A stretch of DNA of 64,000 nucleotides, from assembly GCA_037447605.1 (NCBI GenBank), contig CM074816.1:2136525-2200524 (forward strand). Direction: 5' to 3'. The notes below the pieces were generated by a model. It did not search any database. It saw only the letters and a program-made list of their open reading frames with translations, and was not told the origin of the DNA. Source of the stretch: Zygnema circumcarinatum SAG 698-1b (lineage: Eukaryota > Plantae > Zygnematophyceae). The first letter of the stretch is position 1. Each line of letters begins with the position of its first letter. Made by a program: the position numbers and the translations under genes. This document shows positions 1 through 31,300 of this stretch, one piece after another.

Positions 1-33
1 GGGCTTGGGTTAGTCTCCGGACCTTGCGGACCC

Positions 34-67
34 AGGGGTCAGCCGGGCGTAGGGGTCAGCCGGGCGT
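34..67. repeat. 17-bp direct tandem duplication in the transporter 3' region
   Basis: AGGGGTCAGCCGGGCGT at 34-50 and 51-67. Confidence 0.85.
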
Positions 68-77
68 AGGTGCCACG

Positions 78-3000
78 TCAGAAAAGGTTGTGAGAACCCG
101 CTGAGAGGGACAGCACGGCTGTGTACGTCCCCGTCACGGCGCATACGCAGCCCACGGCCACAATGCCATAGTTCCAGGATCGCTCTGCCAACGTCAGCCT
201 TTCTCCGAAGATGCTGAGGTACGCCACTGAGGGGAAGACTATGCTGACCGCTCTGCACAATGGCACCATGCGGGGCTTGGCATCCTGAGCGTGCTTCTTC
301 GTCAGGAAGGAGGCAAGGACCCATATCCTTAGCCATCAACGGTCGCTCAAGGAGAGCCTATGCGGACTTTTGCTGTCGACAACCAAATTACGAACCAACC
401 ACGTCTGTGCAACCTTTAAGCCTACAAACACCAAATGGGATGGCTGGCAGACGACTCACAATGTGAGGCAACTTCCAATGACCGCCATAACCCCCGCAAA
501 AGCTGGAATAGAAGTGGCAAGGCCCTGCAGACACTCCCCCCAAGCGAGTCTCGTTAGGGAATATTTGCGGGCCAAACCAACACGTAAAAATTAGCTCTTC
601 TATGTCCCCTCAACCCAGCTTTGTCGGTCAGGGCATGAAGCTTCAAAACACAGCGTTACCAATGCAAGAAGGCCGAGAGTTGTTCGCGCTATCACACGAA
701 CTGATGGTTGCAGCTGCTGCACCTGCAGATTGGTCTGCACATCTGCATTGCAAGATACATCGCAAGCGTCAAGACCAGGTCATACTTAATCAAAAGGAAC
801 GTGACCCTACTTGCTCTAAGACGAGAGCTAAGGAACGCAGGCTCATGCCCGTTAGTGGGGGTCAGGATAGAAGCAGAAGTCAGTGGCCAAAGGAGTCGAA
901 ATCAAATCCTCTTCTAGGATAGCTAATGAAAAAAAAGGGAAAAAAAAAATAGCAACGACGAGACAGATTGGATGCAGGCACGATGAGTTTCACTTGCATG
1001 GAGTGGAATGCAAAACCTAAAACGATTCCACAGCGAGAGTCGATTCTGGCATAAACAGAAGGAAGTAATAAATAAGCATATATACAAGCAACCAAGGTTG
1101 GGAAATAGGAGAAAAGCCGCTCTGGGCAGGGGTTGGAAATAAAGGAAATTGGGAAATTCAATGACCATGTAAAGGAGGGAGATCTAGCACATGTGGAGCT
1201 GACTAGAAGGCAATGTGGAGAGAGGATGAGTCAAGCGTTAATGCCAGCAATTATTTCAAGTGAAAAGGGCTTATCAATGTTGAAAACTCAGTTCAGGTGG
1301 AATAAACTGGTCAAGAATGTAACTGCTAACCTCCGGACTGGAAGCGCTGAATGGCACCTTCAACACCACGAGCCACCGGCTCCAATGTCAAAGCAAACTG
1401 CAGTCAACCGAGGCCAGGCGGTCATACAGTGTAGCAATTGAAACGAGCCAGACGTCTGCCTCATCTGAGAAAGAAAATATCTACTCCTGGAATAGCGGCT
1501 GAAGGATTGAATGGTAATGATGTAAATTTTCGTTATGTCGTGTGAACCTTTTCAATCAAGGGCTTTCAGGCCTTCCCTCTAAGAATGCCACTGTGCTCTA
1601 GACTGCAGAACTACCAGTTTGCACACCTTCGTGAAGGGGTTGACCACAATTAGACTGCCGATTGTGCAGCCGCCACAGAAGGATGCATTTGACAACAGGT
1701 CAAAGAGGTAGTTAATAACGGAAGCCCAAAAAGAAAGCGCCTTCGTACCCAGAGATCAACACGCTATTCTCCTTAAAAAGGATCATCAGCTGGACCGAAG
1801 AATCACTAACGAGCCCATTCCTGTGTTAGTCTATAAGCATCCGGTTAGGAAAACGTAGCCTTCAACAAATGGGAATCCATACGATAAAAAGACTCTGGCT
1901 GGTTTCAACGTTCGGCAGCACCAAGTCTCCAATGCTGGTTCCGCAAATCGAGCGATAAAATGAATTTTGAAGGTGTAGGAAATGAATGGCAAAGACACCT
2001 GGTGGCAACAAGCGCTAACGGGCCCGGTGGGAGGTTGAGCGTAACCTCTTCCATAGCATTACTGCCATACATCTGCATAATAGCCTAACAAGAGCTGTCA
2101 GCAACAGGTTCACATTTGAGCATCCAGGGAAGTAGGCTTCCAATGGGCCACAAGAAGTTTCAGCTGTGCAATGACACAAAATCCTACAGCAGTTTGTAAC
2201 TCGTGCAGCAAGGAAGCCATAAGCGTTTCCGTACACCCTCATCAAACTATTGCATAGAGGATGGGCTCGAGAAAGACGGACTGCCTCCGTTATGGAAAGA
2301 TTATGGCAACCTGCCTGGTAGCCAAGCACACCAACAACAGCGCATACTCCTGCAACTATTACATAGCTGCACATGGAAACGCCCCCCAGAATTTGCTTCA
2401 ATAGGATTGCAGAGTAGAACATATGAGCTGGCAGTGCAGGCTCTGCAAGTGGCAGTGCTGCAAATCCCCTTTGAGCTCGAGCGCTAGGTTGATCTGCCAA
2501 CTGGCAGCAAAAACAAAAAAGCCCAGGCAGGGCAGTTGCACCTCCACATATCTGAATGCACACAGCAGGCGGCAGTGCCCTCACGCATAGTCCAGCATCT
2601 TGGGGTACAGCTCCGGCTCCTTCATGCTCGCCTGCACAAGGCGGTAACGAGCTTCAGACAGAGTTCAACACAGAGTTAAGAATCCTGGAATCACGTCCGG
2701 CAAAATACAGATCAGCAGCAGACCAAGGGAAGCATACGTGTTTGCACCTGTATGTTTGGAAACACGGCGTGGCCCGCATACACGAAGGAGAGTAACCCAA
2801 ATGTGAATGGCAGCATTTCCAGATTGAGCAGCGTCTGGCCAGGACCTTGAGGAAATCTGCACAGGCAGGACGGCAAATGTATAGGTGGCACACAGAATCT
2901 CTATGGCTGAAACCAGTGCAACAAGTAACAGGTTCTTCGGATGTTCACACTCCATATGATGGGAAGGTACCGACCACGTAGCACGTCAGGCAGGTTCAAT

Positions 3001-5202
3001 TAACAGATTTTAGTTTACAGTACATTGCAACCCGACACCAGCTTCAGGCTTGTCGTCCGACGAACAATTTTTCCAGTACCCTTCCCTCTGCACCAGATAG
3101 GAATTTGCTTTGATTGGCAAGTGCAACCCACACTCGAAGTATGCATCTCAGGTCTTGTAGTAATAAATCAGTGTGTTGGATGGAGAGGACGACGCGAAGA
3201 ACCTTCCCAGAAAACAAATCACTGATATGCCCATCCTCAAATGAGCCCATGAATTTGACTGACGAAAATGATTACACGAATGCAGCTGATTCCTAAGGAA
3301 TGACAGCGATACGGGAATGCAGTAAATGACGGGGAATATGGATATGAAGAGACAGAAGTGAAAGGGCAATTCCCCCCTCTGGCACGAATTGCCTGCAATT
3401 CTAAGTGAAGTTCACAAAATGTTAAGTTCTATAGTGATCACATGAGAGCTTATCTGGGAGAACACAGCTTAGTAGAATAGGTTGGTTAAAAGCGCTGCAT
3501 ATCTGGGTTACATTATTTCAAACTTTGAACCGGCAGTCGCCAAAGCCTTCTCTCCTCCTGCATGCCCTCACACATAGCATCTATACGTGGAGGCAAAAAC
3601 ATAACTGAGGACAACTTTGGAAGGGCGTGATATGTTTTGCTGCTTCACCAACAGATGGTGTAGCTCAGTTGCACAGGACACCGCAATTTGATAAATCTTG
3701 TCATATCTTGCCATACTCATGTGGAGAAAGCTAATCGAACATACCCTTCAGAACAGAATGTGAAGAGCAAAACTCCCAGTAGAGTAGCTGAGGCCGCCGC
3801 TCCCAATGCTCCCAGCGCAGCCAATGCGCTGTTCCCAGTAAGACCAACATGTCCGTGAATAACGACGACTCGTGCAATTTAAATCTCTAAGTACTTACAT
3901 AAAAAAATCAGCCTCGCCGGTAGGACACTGCAGATTACAGTAAAGAAACTGGGCAGCACACCTGAGGTCGGGCAGCCAGGTGGTAGGCAATAGCAGGAGT
4001 GCGCTCAGCAGCATATATTGTTGAGGGTCACCTCCAAAGAGCCTCGACAGGTTGTCCCCTGCTTTGATCGACAGGGACGACAAGCGCACATAACGAGTCG
4101 TAGATATCGGTCAGTAGTCAGAAAGCAGCGTTGTTCGCAGAAGCTAGCCCGACCAAACGTCATACTTTACAACACCAGGCAGGTCGTAGTTTTACCTTCT
4201 AAAATGAAGAACTGAGGAAACGCGGATGCACGAAGTCGAATTCAGTCCCATGCCAAACGTCACGAGAACATTAGCGCCACAAATTATTGCCCTTACTCAA
4301 CAGACTAGCTTGCATGATATACGCAAAAAGGCGCCGAGCTTGAGGCAATCCGAGAAGGGAGAATAAGAGATGATGAGCCTACGAGACCGCAGGTGCCGAG
4401 CAGCTCGACGTAGAGGACCGCGGTGACAACGCGGCGGCCGAGCGGGCCAAGGGCCGCCTCTCCGATGTCCTCGTAGCTCTGCAGGCCGCGCAGGGGCGGC
4501 GAGCCGGGCGGCGGGCGGCTGGCCAGCAGGCACATGCTCGCCTGGCAGCGCCCGAGGACCTTCCCCGTGTAGTTGGTGGCCGCGCCCAGGACTGCCAGCA
4601 CCGCCAATGCCGCCCAGCCGCCCTGCCGGAGAGCAAACGGTATGGAAAGCAGACCCACGCCGAGAAGAATGTTCACCGCATTCAAAAGCGCCTCGGTGAA
4701 GGACGTCCCTTTGCGGGCAGAGACTGCGTCCTGCTCACGAAAATCAGCTTGCTCAGGCAGGGCGTCAGGGATCCTTTCAGGCCCTTCAGCACCGCCGGAA
4801 AGAGAAGAAGTCACAGCATCTGAAAGGCTCTTCGCCAGAGTGGACGGGACGTAGGAAGGCTCAGCGGGGGAAGACGCCTGAGTAGTCGTAGGAATGGGCG
4901 GTCTGGAGGAGGATGAAGTTCTGTTAGAGGCCGCCCTGCAAGGTGCAAGCTGAGGTGCATAAACCTGTCCGCCCATCCCAGTCCACTCTGCGCTTTCGTC
5001 AGCGAGGGCAGCACAGGGAACATGAGGCAGAGACTGTACAGGCGGGTTTCTCATGGTAAAGAACGAGAAAAGGTGACACCTTTGCGGAAGGACGCAGGCG
5101 CAAGGAAGGGCGGGGGGCGGGGGCGCAGCGGAGGAGAGGTGAGGGCGGAGAAGAGAGGCAGGCGGGGAGGGCGACGGCCACGGCCACGGGTGCGGCCGCC
5201 AT
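78..5202 (-). CDS. AVT1: Amino-acid transporter, AVT1/Aa_trans (AAAP) family, multi-exon, with a transit-peptide-like N-terminal extension
   Basis: Exons resolved by hand: 5202-5080, 5033-~4383 (TSFTEALLNAVNILLGVGLLSIPFALRQGGW...SYEDIGEAALG), 4211-4196 (FFILEG), ~4074-3962 (DNL...LLPTTWLPDL), 3828-3745, ~2856-2749 (FGLLSFVYAGHAVFPNIQ), 2631-2585 (ASMKEP), 2366-2315, 2072-1999 (VTLNLP), 1654-1627 (VVNPFTK), 1397-1358 (FALTL), ~722-657, ~523-462 (IPAFAGVMAVIGS), 252-78 (IVFPSVAYL, stop 78-80). These motifs match the AVT1 family. One or two small linking exons are unresolved. Confidence 0.9.
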
Positions 5203-5207
5203 TCCGC

Positions 5208-5306
5208 CGCTCGCTCGCTCGCTCGCCGGACTGCCTGCCTGCTTGCCTGCCTGCTTGCCTGCCTGCCTGCCTGAGTGCCTGCCTGCCTGCCTGAGTGCCT
5301 GCCTGC
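5208..5306. repeat. (CGCT)n plus (CTGC)n tetranucleotide microsatellite upstream of the transporter ATG
   Basis: gctcgctcgctc followed by ctgcctgcct..., with CTT and GAG variants. Confidence 0.9.
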
Positions 5307-5663
5307 CCCCGTCCCGTCCCCCTCCCCGCCCGCGGTTCAGGGCCAGGGCAGGCCAGGGCAGGGCTTGGCGCCCGGCCGCCCTGCTCGAGGAGGGGCCCCC
5401 ATGGCGCCCCATGCCCTCATGACACCACAGCCCCATGGCCATGGCCATGACCCTGGCCCAGGCATCGTCAAATGTCAAATGGTTCCCTTAAGCAAAACTC
5501 AGGTTGTTCCCTTAAAGTCACTTCTTTCGTGTACGAATTCCGGTTCGGGATCCGCGGCTCCGCCGACCCCAGCCGTACCGAAATGCGTACCTAGCCAATG
5601 CTTAATTCGCCCGACAGGCTTACGAAATTGATTTGGCGATGGTCAAGGTCTGACTCCCCCTAT

Positions 5664-5689
5664 TACAGTAGGGGATTTCCCCTACTGTA
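5664..5689. repeat. Perfect 12-bp inverted repeat with 2-nt spacer, TA at both ends
   Basis: TACAGTAGGGGA-TT-TCCCCTACTGTA. Confidence 0.9.
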
Positions 5690-6012
5690 TTTGAGGCGTG
5701 CCCATGGTTGACGCGGCCGTACAGCGAGCGGTGCGCGAGTACGGTACGGGACGGGCGGAGGCGGCGGTTGGTGTGCCGCATGCGCATGGCCATGCATGCA
5801 TGCCATGGTCGAATGACGCCATGGGATGGGGGGGCATGGCATGGGATGTCGCGAGGCCAGAAGGGGGGATGGAGGGAGAGTGGCAGGGAGGGAGGGAGGG
5901 AGGAGCGACAGCCACCAACCAGGTGGGGCGGGCGCCTGGCGAGGGCGGGCGGGCGGGCGCGCGTCCATGGCGAGACGGAGCGAGTGAGCCGCGGCCGGCT
6001 GCGGGGTGGGCC

Positions 6013-22770
<16,758 letters not shown>

Positions 22771-23182
22771 CATGCCTCCACGTGCCGGCCCTGTCGCCCC
22801 GTCTCCCTTCACAGGCCTACAGTTTTGGTTCGCGCTGTGCCGCGCCTGCAATAATGCAGTTGCGTTGCTCTCGGGCGCAAGTCCTGAGGAGGACAGCACT
22901 CGTATAAGCCATTGGCCCGTAGCATTGTTTATATCAACTGTCGTTTTACAAATAGGCTCTGCGAGCGTGCAGTACTGCGAGGAGAGCACTAGCTTTTCTG
23001 GCTATACCAAGGCTCATCTTACATTGATTGGGGTTCTACCTCTTTGGAGCCTTTCTTAGCACTCGCACCTATCGTAGTCCGGCCTTTAGGTGATCTATGC
23101 TCCGACCTGCTCCAATCTGGCAAAGCAGCCAATGTAGAGCTCATTATGTACATTTAGTTGCCTCTTAATCTTGAATTGTCTG

Positions 23183-23246
23183 GAAGTAATCATTGTGATG
23201 TAGGACATTTTGAAGTAATTACTTTGATGTAAGATATTGTGAAATG
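23183..23246. repeat. Imperfect 29-bp tandem repeat in the AT-rich region between the convergent BEACH and HSP70 3' ends
   Basis: GAAGTAATCATTGTGATGTAGGACATTTT / GAAGTAATTACTTTGATGTAAGATATTGT / GAAATG. Confidence 0.6.
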
Positions 23247-23759
23247 CTTAAAGAAAAGCATGATCATCTCAATCTCCTGCCACAAAATCACGCATGCTAT
23301 TTGATTGGTTTTCACCTTTAGGCTTTTAGCAAGTTGCAGAGCAGAAGTGTCGTAAATGCCATTTGCAAATATGGGTGCGTTGCTTTGACAAGATTACGTT
23401 TTAGCGTACTCTCAAAAGCATGAATTTGCAACAACGCCGCATTATGATAATTTGCAACAGATTTCCGACTTCAAAAAAGATCGCAGTTTTGCCTCTCAAA
23501 ATCAACACCCGCCTTCTGATGAGATTAGCAGCAAGGACAAGTCTTGCTATCAAAACAAATGTTCACATCAAGAAAAACAGCTCTGTATCCCCTCCCTCCC
23601 CCGAACGCATATCGAAGTCAGGAACAAACAAATCTCCGCAATTGTGCGCGGGGCATGTCCGAGCGAACTCATCGAGTTCGCATCAGTGCGCACACTCGAC
23701 TGCAAACATCGCCGATCGCTGCTCCCAACGTTTCCGGCAACAGCGCGTGTTCGCAGCCT

Positions 23760-27085
<3,326 letters not shown>

Positions 27086-27305
27086 GGCCCAGGTGCTCGC
27101 AGCAGCACACGAGGGAAGAGTCGTCTCTGGAGAGTCTTCTCTTTCCCAACGAGTGCAGAGAGAGCCATCCGTGCCTCTCTCGGCGCGCCTTTAATCCCTA
27201 TCTCGCTCCCTCCGCGCCGCGCGGCGGCCATGCAGCCATGCACTGCGCGCTCCGGAGCATGCAGGCGCGCGGCGGCCATTGGGAGCTGAGCTGCTTCGCA
27301 CGAGC

Positions 27306-27320
27306 GGAAGGTTCTGGAAT
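27306..27320. promoter_or_regulatory. Perfect three-unit heat-shock element (nGAAn-nTTCn-nGAAn) upstream of HSP70
   Basis: gGAAg gTTCt gGAAt about 220 bp upstream of the HSP70 ATG; this is the canonical HSF binding geometry. Confidence 0.8.
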
Positions 27321-27349
27321 GCGCGGATGCGCGGCTTTGCTGCAAGAGT

Positions 27350-27403
27350 GCATGGCTGCATGCATGCATGCATGGCTGCGCGCATGGCTGCGCGCATGGC
27401 TGC
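27350..27403. repeat. GCATGGCTGC repeat array with (CATG)n RY-like core in the HSP70 promoter
   Basis: GCATGGCTGC at 27350, 27370, 27382 and 27394; an inverted copy at 27232-27241; CATGCATGCATGCATG at 27359-27374. Confidence 0.7.
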
Positions 27404-28313
27404 ATGCACAGCTGTGCTCGCACGCTTACTGCGCCGCCCTCGGCACAACTCGCGGGCGCCCAAACCGCGTAGATTATTGGCGAAACATTAGAAAACATCT
27501 AATTCGGAAGATTTGCAGACATGCAATATCAACATTCGATGCCATGAAATGTAGATTCACAAAGACAAATTGTGAAATCCAAGGTGAACCGGTCACAAAT
27601 GACTTAGAAACGAAAGAAAAGCTTTGAGACGAGCTCTGCTTCCATGCTTAACACCGCTGCTCTCAGGGTCTACTGACGCACGTCGCATGTGGCAAGTTGG
27701 CATTGGACACGACTGCAAATCGGAGGAACGGTGACGAACTTGTGGCTTTGTTGTGTTTTGGAGTGTTGTTGTGCTGAAGCTCTACAAAAGGCCAAATTTG
27801 GGTACTACATTACACACGGCAATGTTATTATGTTCACCCGCTTTGGTTTTTCGAGGTCATGTCAGCGCGGGGGGCCGCGGCAGTTTCGTTTCGGCTCGCT
27901 TGCGCGCTTGCTGCAGGCGGCGACCAGTCCTGCTGCTCCGCTTTCGAGCGCGCGCCGATCGGCAGACAGCGACCCGCGCTTGTCTCGCTCGCTCGCTCGC
28001 TGGCCGACGATGATGCCGCGGATGAAGCCCGCGAGCGAGAGGCGCCGAGGAACGACATCCAAGGAAGCGGTATCCAAGGAAAAAGCATTATCCGTCACGG
28101 AACAAGGATTGAAACGCAACAGCGACACAGCATGACATATAACGTGAGGGCTTTGAAGGGCCAATGCGTGTCCGGAGGGGAGGACCTGAAGAGGCTGCGA
28201 AGATCCACAGAAGGAAACTCCATAGAAAGCAAGAAAACGCTCCCTTTTAATAACGGCGAGAATATTTAAGTCATAAAGGATTCTTCAGACGGGGCCGGAG
28301 AAACCGGCAATCA

Positions 28314-31300
28314 CTACTCCTGCTTGTTGCCAGCGAGGATCAAGGAAATCTCCAACCCGCGACTGAACGCCTGGTTGAACATGAGCCGCGACTGGAAGGT
28401 GGAAACGAATGGGAACCACGAGAGGACGGCCACCGGCAGAAACAGCATGCTCCCCATGAGCGCGTCGTAAAGGCGAGCAAAAGCGCGCACTTGGCGCCAC
28501 AGCCCGATCGGTTCAAGAATGAACCTGAGGGCTATGGCGATCTGCAGGGGAGCAACAACGCGATGTCAGCCCCGTCCACAGACACCCCCGGCTCATGATG
28601 AAAGGCAGCAGTGCGATGCTGCAACATGCCCAGCCTTTAGTGGAGGGCCCGCATGCATCCGTGAAGGGCAGGAGGGCGCGGCGACCTGCAGGAGGCCCCA
28701 GCCGGTGGGGATGAACACGAGGACGCTCGCGAGGATGTCGCCCACCGAGAGTTTGGTCAGGATGACGAGGAGCACAAGGGTCACAATGACGCCGATGAAC
28801 AGACCGCTTTGAAGCAGACGCACTTGCAACTGGGCGTCCCATGTTCGACCCAAGTTTGACACCTGTTCCGACGCTTAATCGCATGTTAGCATTTGCTGCG
28901 AGTCAAAGCACGGTAATAAGCAACCTTACTTTTGTTAAAAAACAAAAAAAAACAGTGGCATAGCAAAAGGCAGGAAAGGAGAACTCACATAAAAGAGCAG
29001 GATGATGCCTGCCAGCACTATCCAGGAGACAGCGTAAACCTGCATGCGCATGCCGCACCTCAAAGCAACAGGTTACTAAGCTTTCAATTGCCTCAACGGC
29101 TGACACATTTTTTGCTTCAGATCAATTTCCACAACAGCATTCTAACGAGGAACAGCATGTCTATAGATGGAAAACACAGGAAAGACGAACTGCTGCACTG
29201 TGGAGCTGCAGTACTAATACAAGTCAGCCGCTGCTGGTCTGTTCGTACGCACCCAAATGCTTGTGTTGCCATCAGTGATGTCAAGGGAGTACACAATGCC
29301 ATACTGTTCCACCCACACCATCCCAACCACAACCAGTCGAATCATGAGCGCGGTGGTCAGTCCTGCACATACATGCCTTCATGACATATTTACGCAAAAA
29401 GTGGCCAATCCAATTTGTGGAAACCCTGACGTAAATTACAGTTACCGTCTCGGGCTGCAGCTGCAAACCGGATCTGCCTCGATCCATAGAAATCAGCATA
29501 TGTTAGCACTTGAACGATGACCTCGCGAAGGGAGATTTACTCTCCCTCGTTATGGTCGAAGCGAGAAGGGAAGGAATGCAGCCAAAGAAAAATCATGTGC
29601 GACACAGTTACTGGTATTCAAATCTCTGTGATACCTGTTTGGCACCTAATCTTGATTATCCAAGCACTGCTGTAGATTAAGCCTACACACCTGAAAAATG
29701 AAGAAGCGCAGACTAAGAATGACTTCCCAGAAGCTGTTTCGGACGTTTCGAATATGAGACTGCACGCGCACCAGTGAAAACGAAAAGGTGAAAACAGTGG
29801 AAGAGCACAAGGTATCGGTGATCAGATGCACCACGGCTGCCCGTTTGCTATTCGTAAACGGTGTGGTCTACCAACGGCAGGCCCTCACCAGCTCCTCCTC
29901 CCACCATGTCTCCCAGCTCATGTTGCCCTTCAGTCCGACCCCCCCCGTGTACAGCAGCCACGAGGTCCAATCGTCAAAGTCCTGCACCGTCCTGCTCCCT
30001 CCCCCGCCGCACCGCACACTCAGCGGACGCTCGCATGCTCAGAACTGGCCACACAGAACATAGCGCTCAGGAAGGCCCTGGGGGTGCACTTACTTTTGCC
30101 ATTCAAAGCCGGACGGATTGAAAATGAAAGGGCCAAAGCACCAGGAGACGACAAGGAACCACGAGGATATAGATAAGAAAATATACGCCGTTGTGCTCGC
30201 TGAGGAGCCATAGACAAGGTAGGTAATGAGCAGCATAGCCACCTCCAGCCTGCAGTGCCATTCCAGCCCAAACGAGTCGAAAATCACTTATAAATCCCGC
30301 TCCGTTTTTCGCATCTCATGTTTACCTCAAACCCACATGCCACATGTGCTAGTCGAAAAAGGCAGATGTACAAGAACACTCTTCCTTGAAGGCTTTGCAT
30401 TGAAACCCCCATCAAATTTAATCGCCCCTAAGTCAGCAGCTTCCTGTGCAGAGCAATCTGAGATTGAAATGGTTTTAAATGAGCCTTAAAAAGGAAAGAG
30501 GCGAACCCCTTAACAAAGTGACTTCGAGAATAGAGTCGATAAATTTCAGCAAACTTTTCGTGTCGTATAACAAAGCCACGGCCCGTTGAACGATACTTGG
30601 CACCTCCATGGAGGATGGTTCGACCAAAGTAGTGCGTACGAGTGCCAAGGGAAAAAGTGAAGAAGACGGAAGCAAGCTGGAGCTGCATGGTGATGAAGCT
30701 AACCACCGCCTGCAAGCAAGCAGGACCGCCCACATCGTTTAGTGAGCTGCCGGAGGATGAGAGGTACGAATTCTCAATGACTATTTTTCTAAAAACCAAA
30801 TCAAGAGTAAGCTTAATCATCGATAGGTTGCTCAAGAGAATGGTGGCATCGACCATTTTGAATCTGGGAACCACATGTGACTGCGCGACGAAGTGGCATT
30901 CATGCTGGAAGACCAATGCATGCTCTGTAGACATTATTCGAAAGAAAACGATCAAAACTAGCCCGACAGAGGAAGCATACCTCCACGATACCCTTTTCCA
31001 CGATAAATACAACAATCATGGGCACTGCGGTAAAGACGCCGATCTGCAATAGAAATTGCGAGCTTAAAGCCGCCTGCAAAGCAGCGTTGCCAAGAATATC
31101 CGCCCGCGCTTTGAGTGTCGCCTCTACCCCCGACAGCGCCTGCACCACCCGCCCAGCACTCCACTCGGTCTCTCAAGAATGGCGGGCAGTCCGGCAGCTC
31201 CTTGAGTGTCTCGTACGCAAGGGTCAATATCAAATCAGTTCAACATTGCACTGGCGATTGTGAGAATGCTTGCAGCGAGACGGAAGGGGACAACAAAAAA

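Larger units (their letters stand above)
5203..6012. promoter_or_regulatory. GC-rich bidirectional promoter region between the AVT1-like transporter and the BEACH gene
   Basis: Divergent ATGs at 5202 (-) and 6013 (+). The region contains microsatellites, six GTAC motifs, a perfect palindrome and CATG repeats. Confidence 0.7.

Noticed and set aside
4999-5478. 159-aa ORF with (GRQA)n repeats upstream of the transporter
   Set aside because: The upstream part translates the (CAGG)n microsatellite; only the segment from ATG 5202 looks like a real N-terminus.
5671-5682. GGGGATTTCCCC matches an NF-kB site
   Set aside because: Plants and green algae lack NF-kB; the match is a consequence of the palindrome.
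27859-28269. 136-aa ORF between HSP70 and callose synthase
   Set aside because: No recognisable domain, it includes a (CTCG)n repeat, and it overlaps the likely 3' UTR of the callose synthase on the opposite strand.
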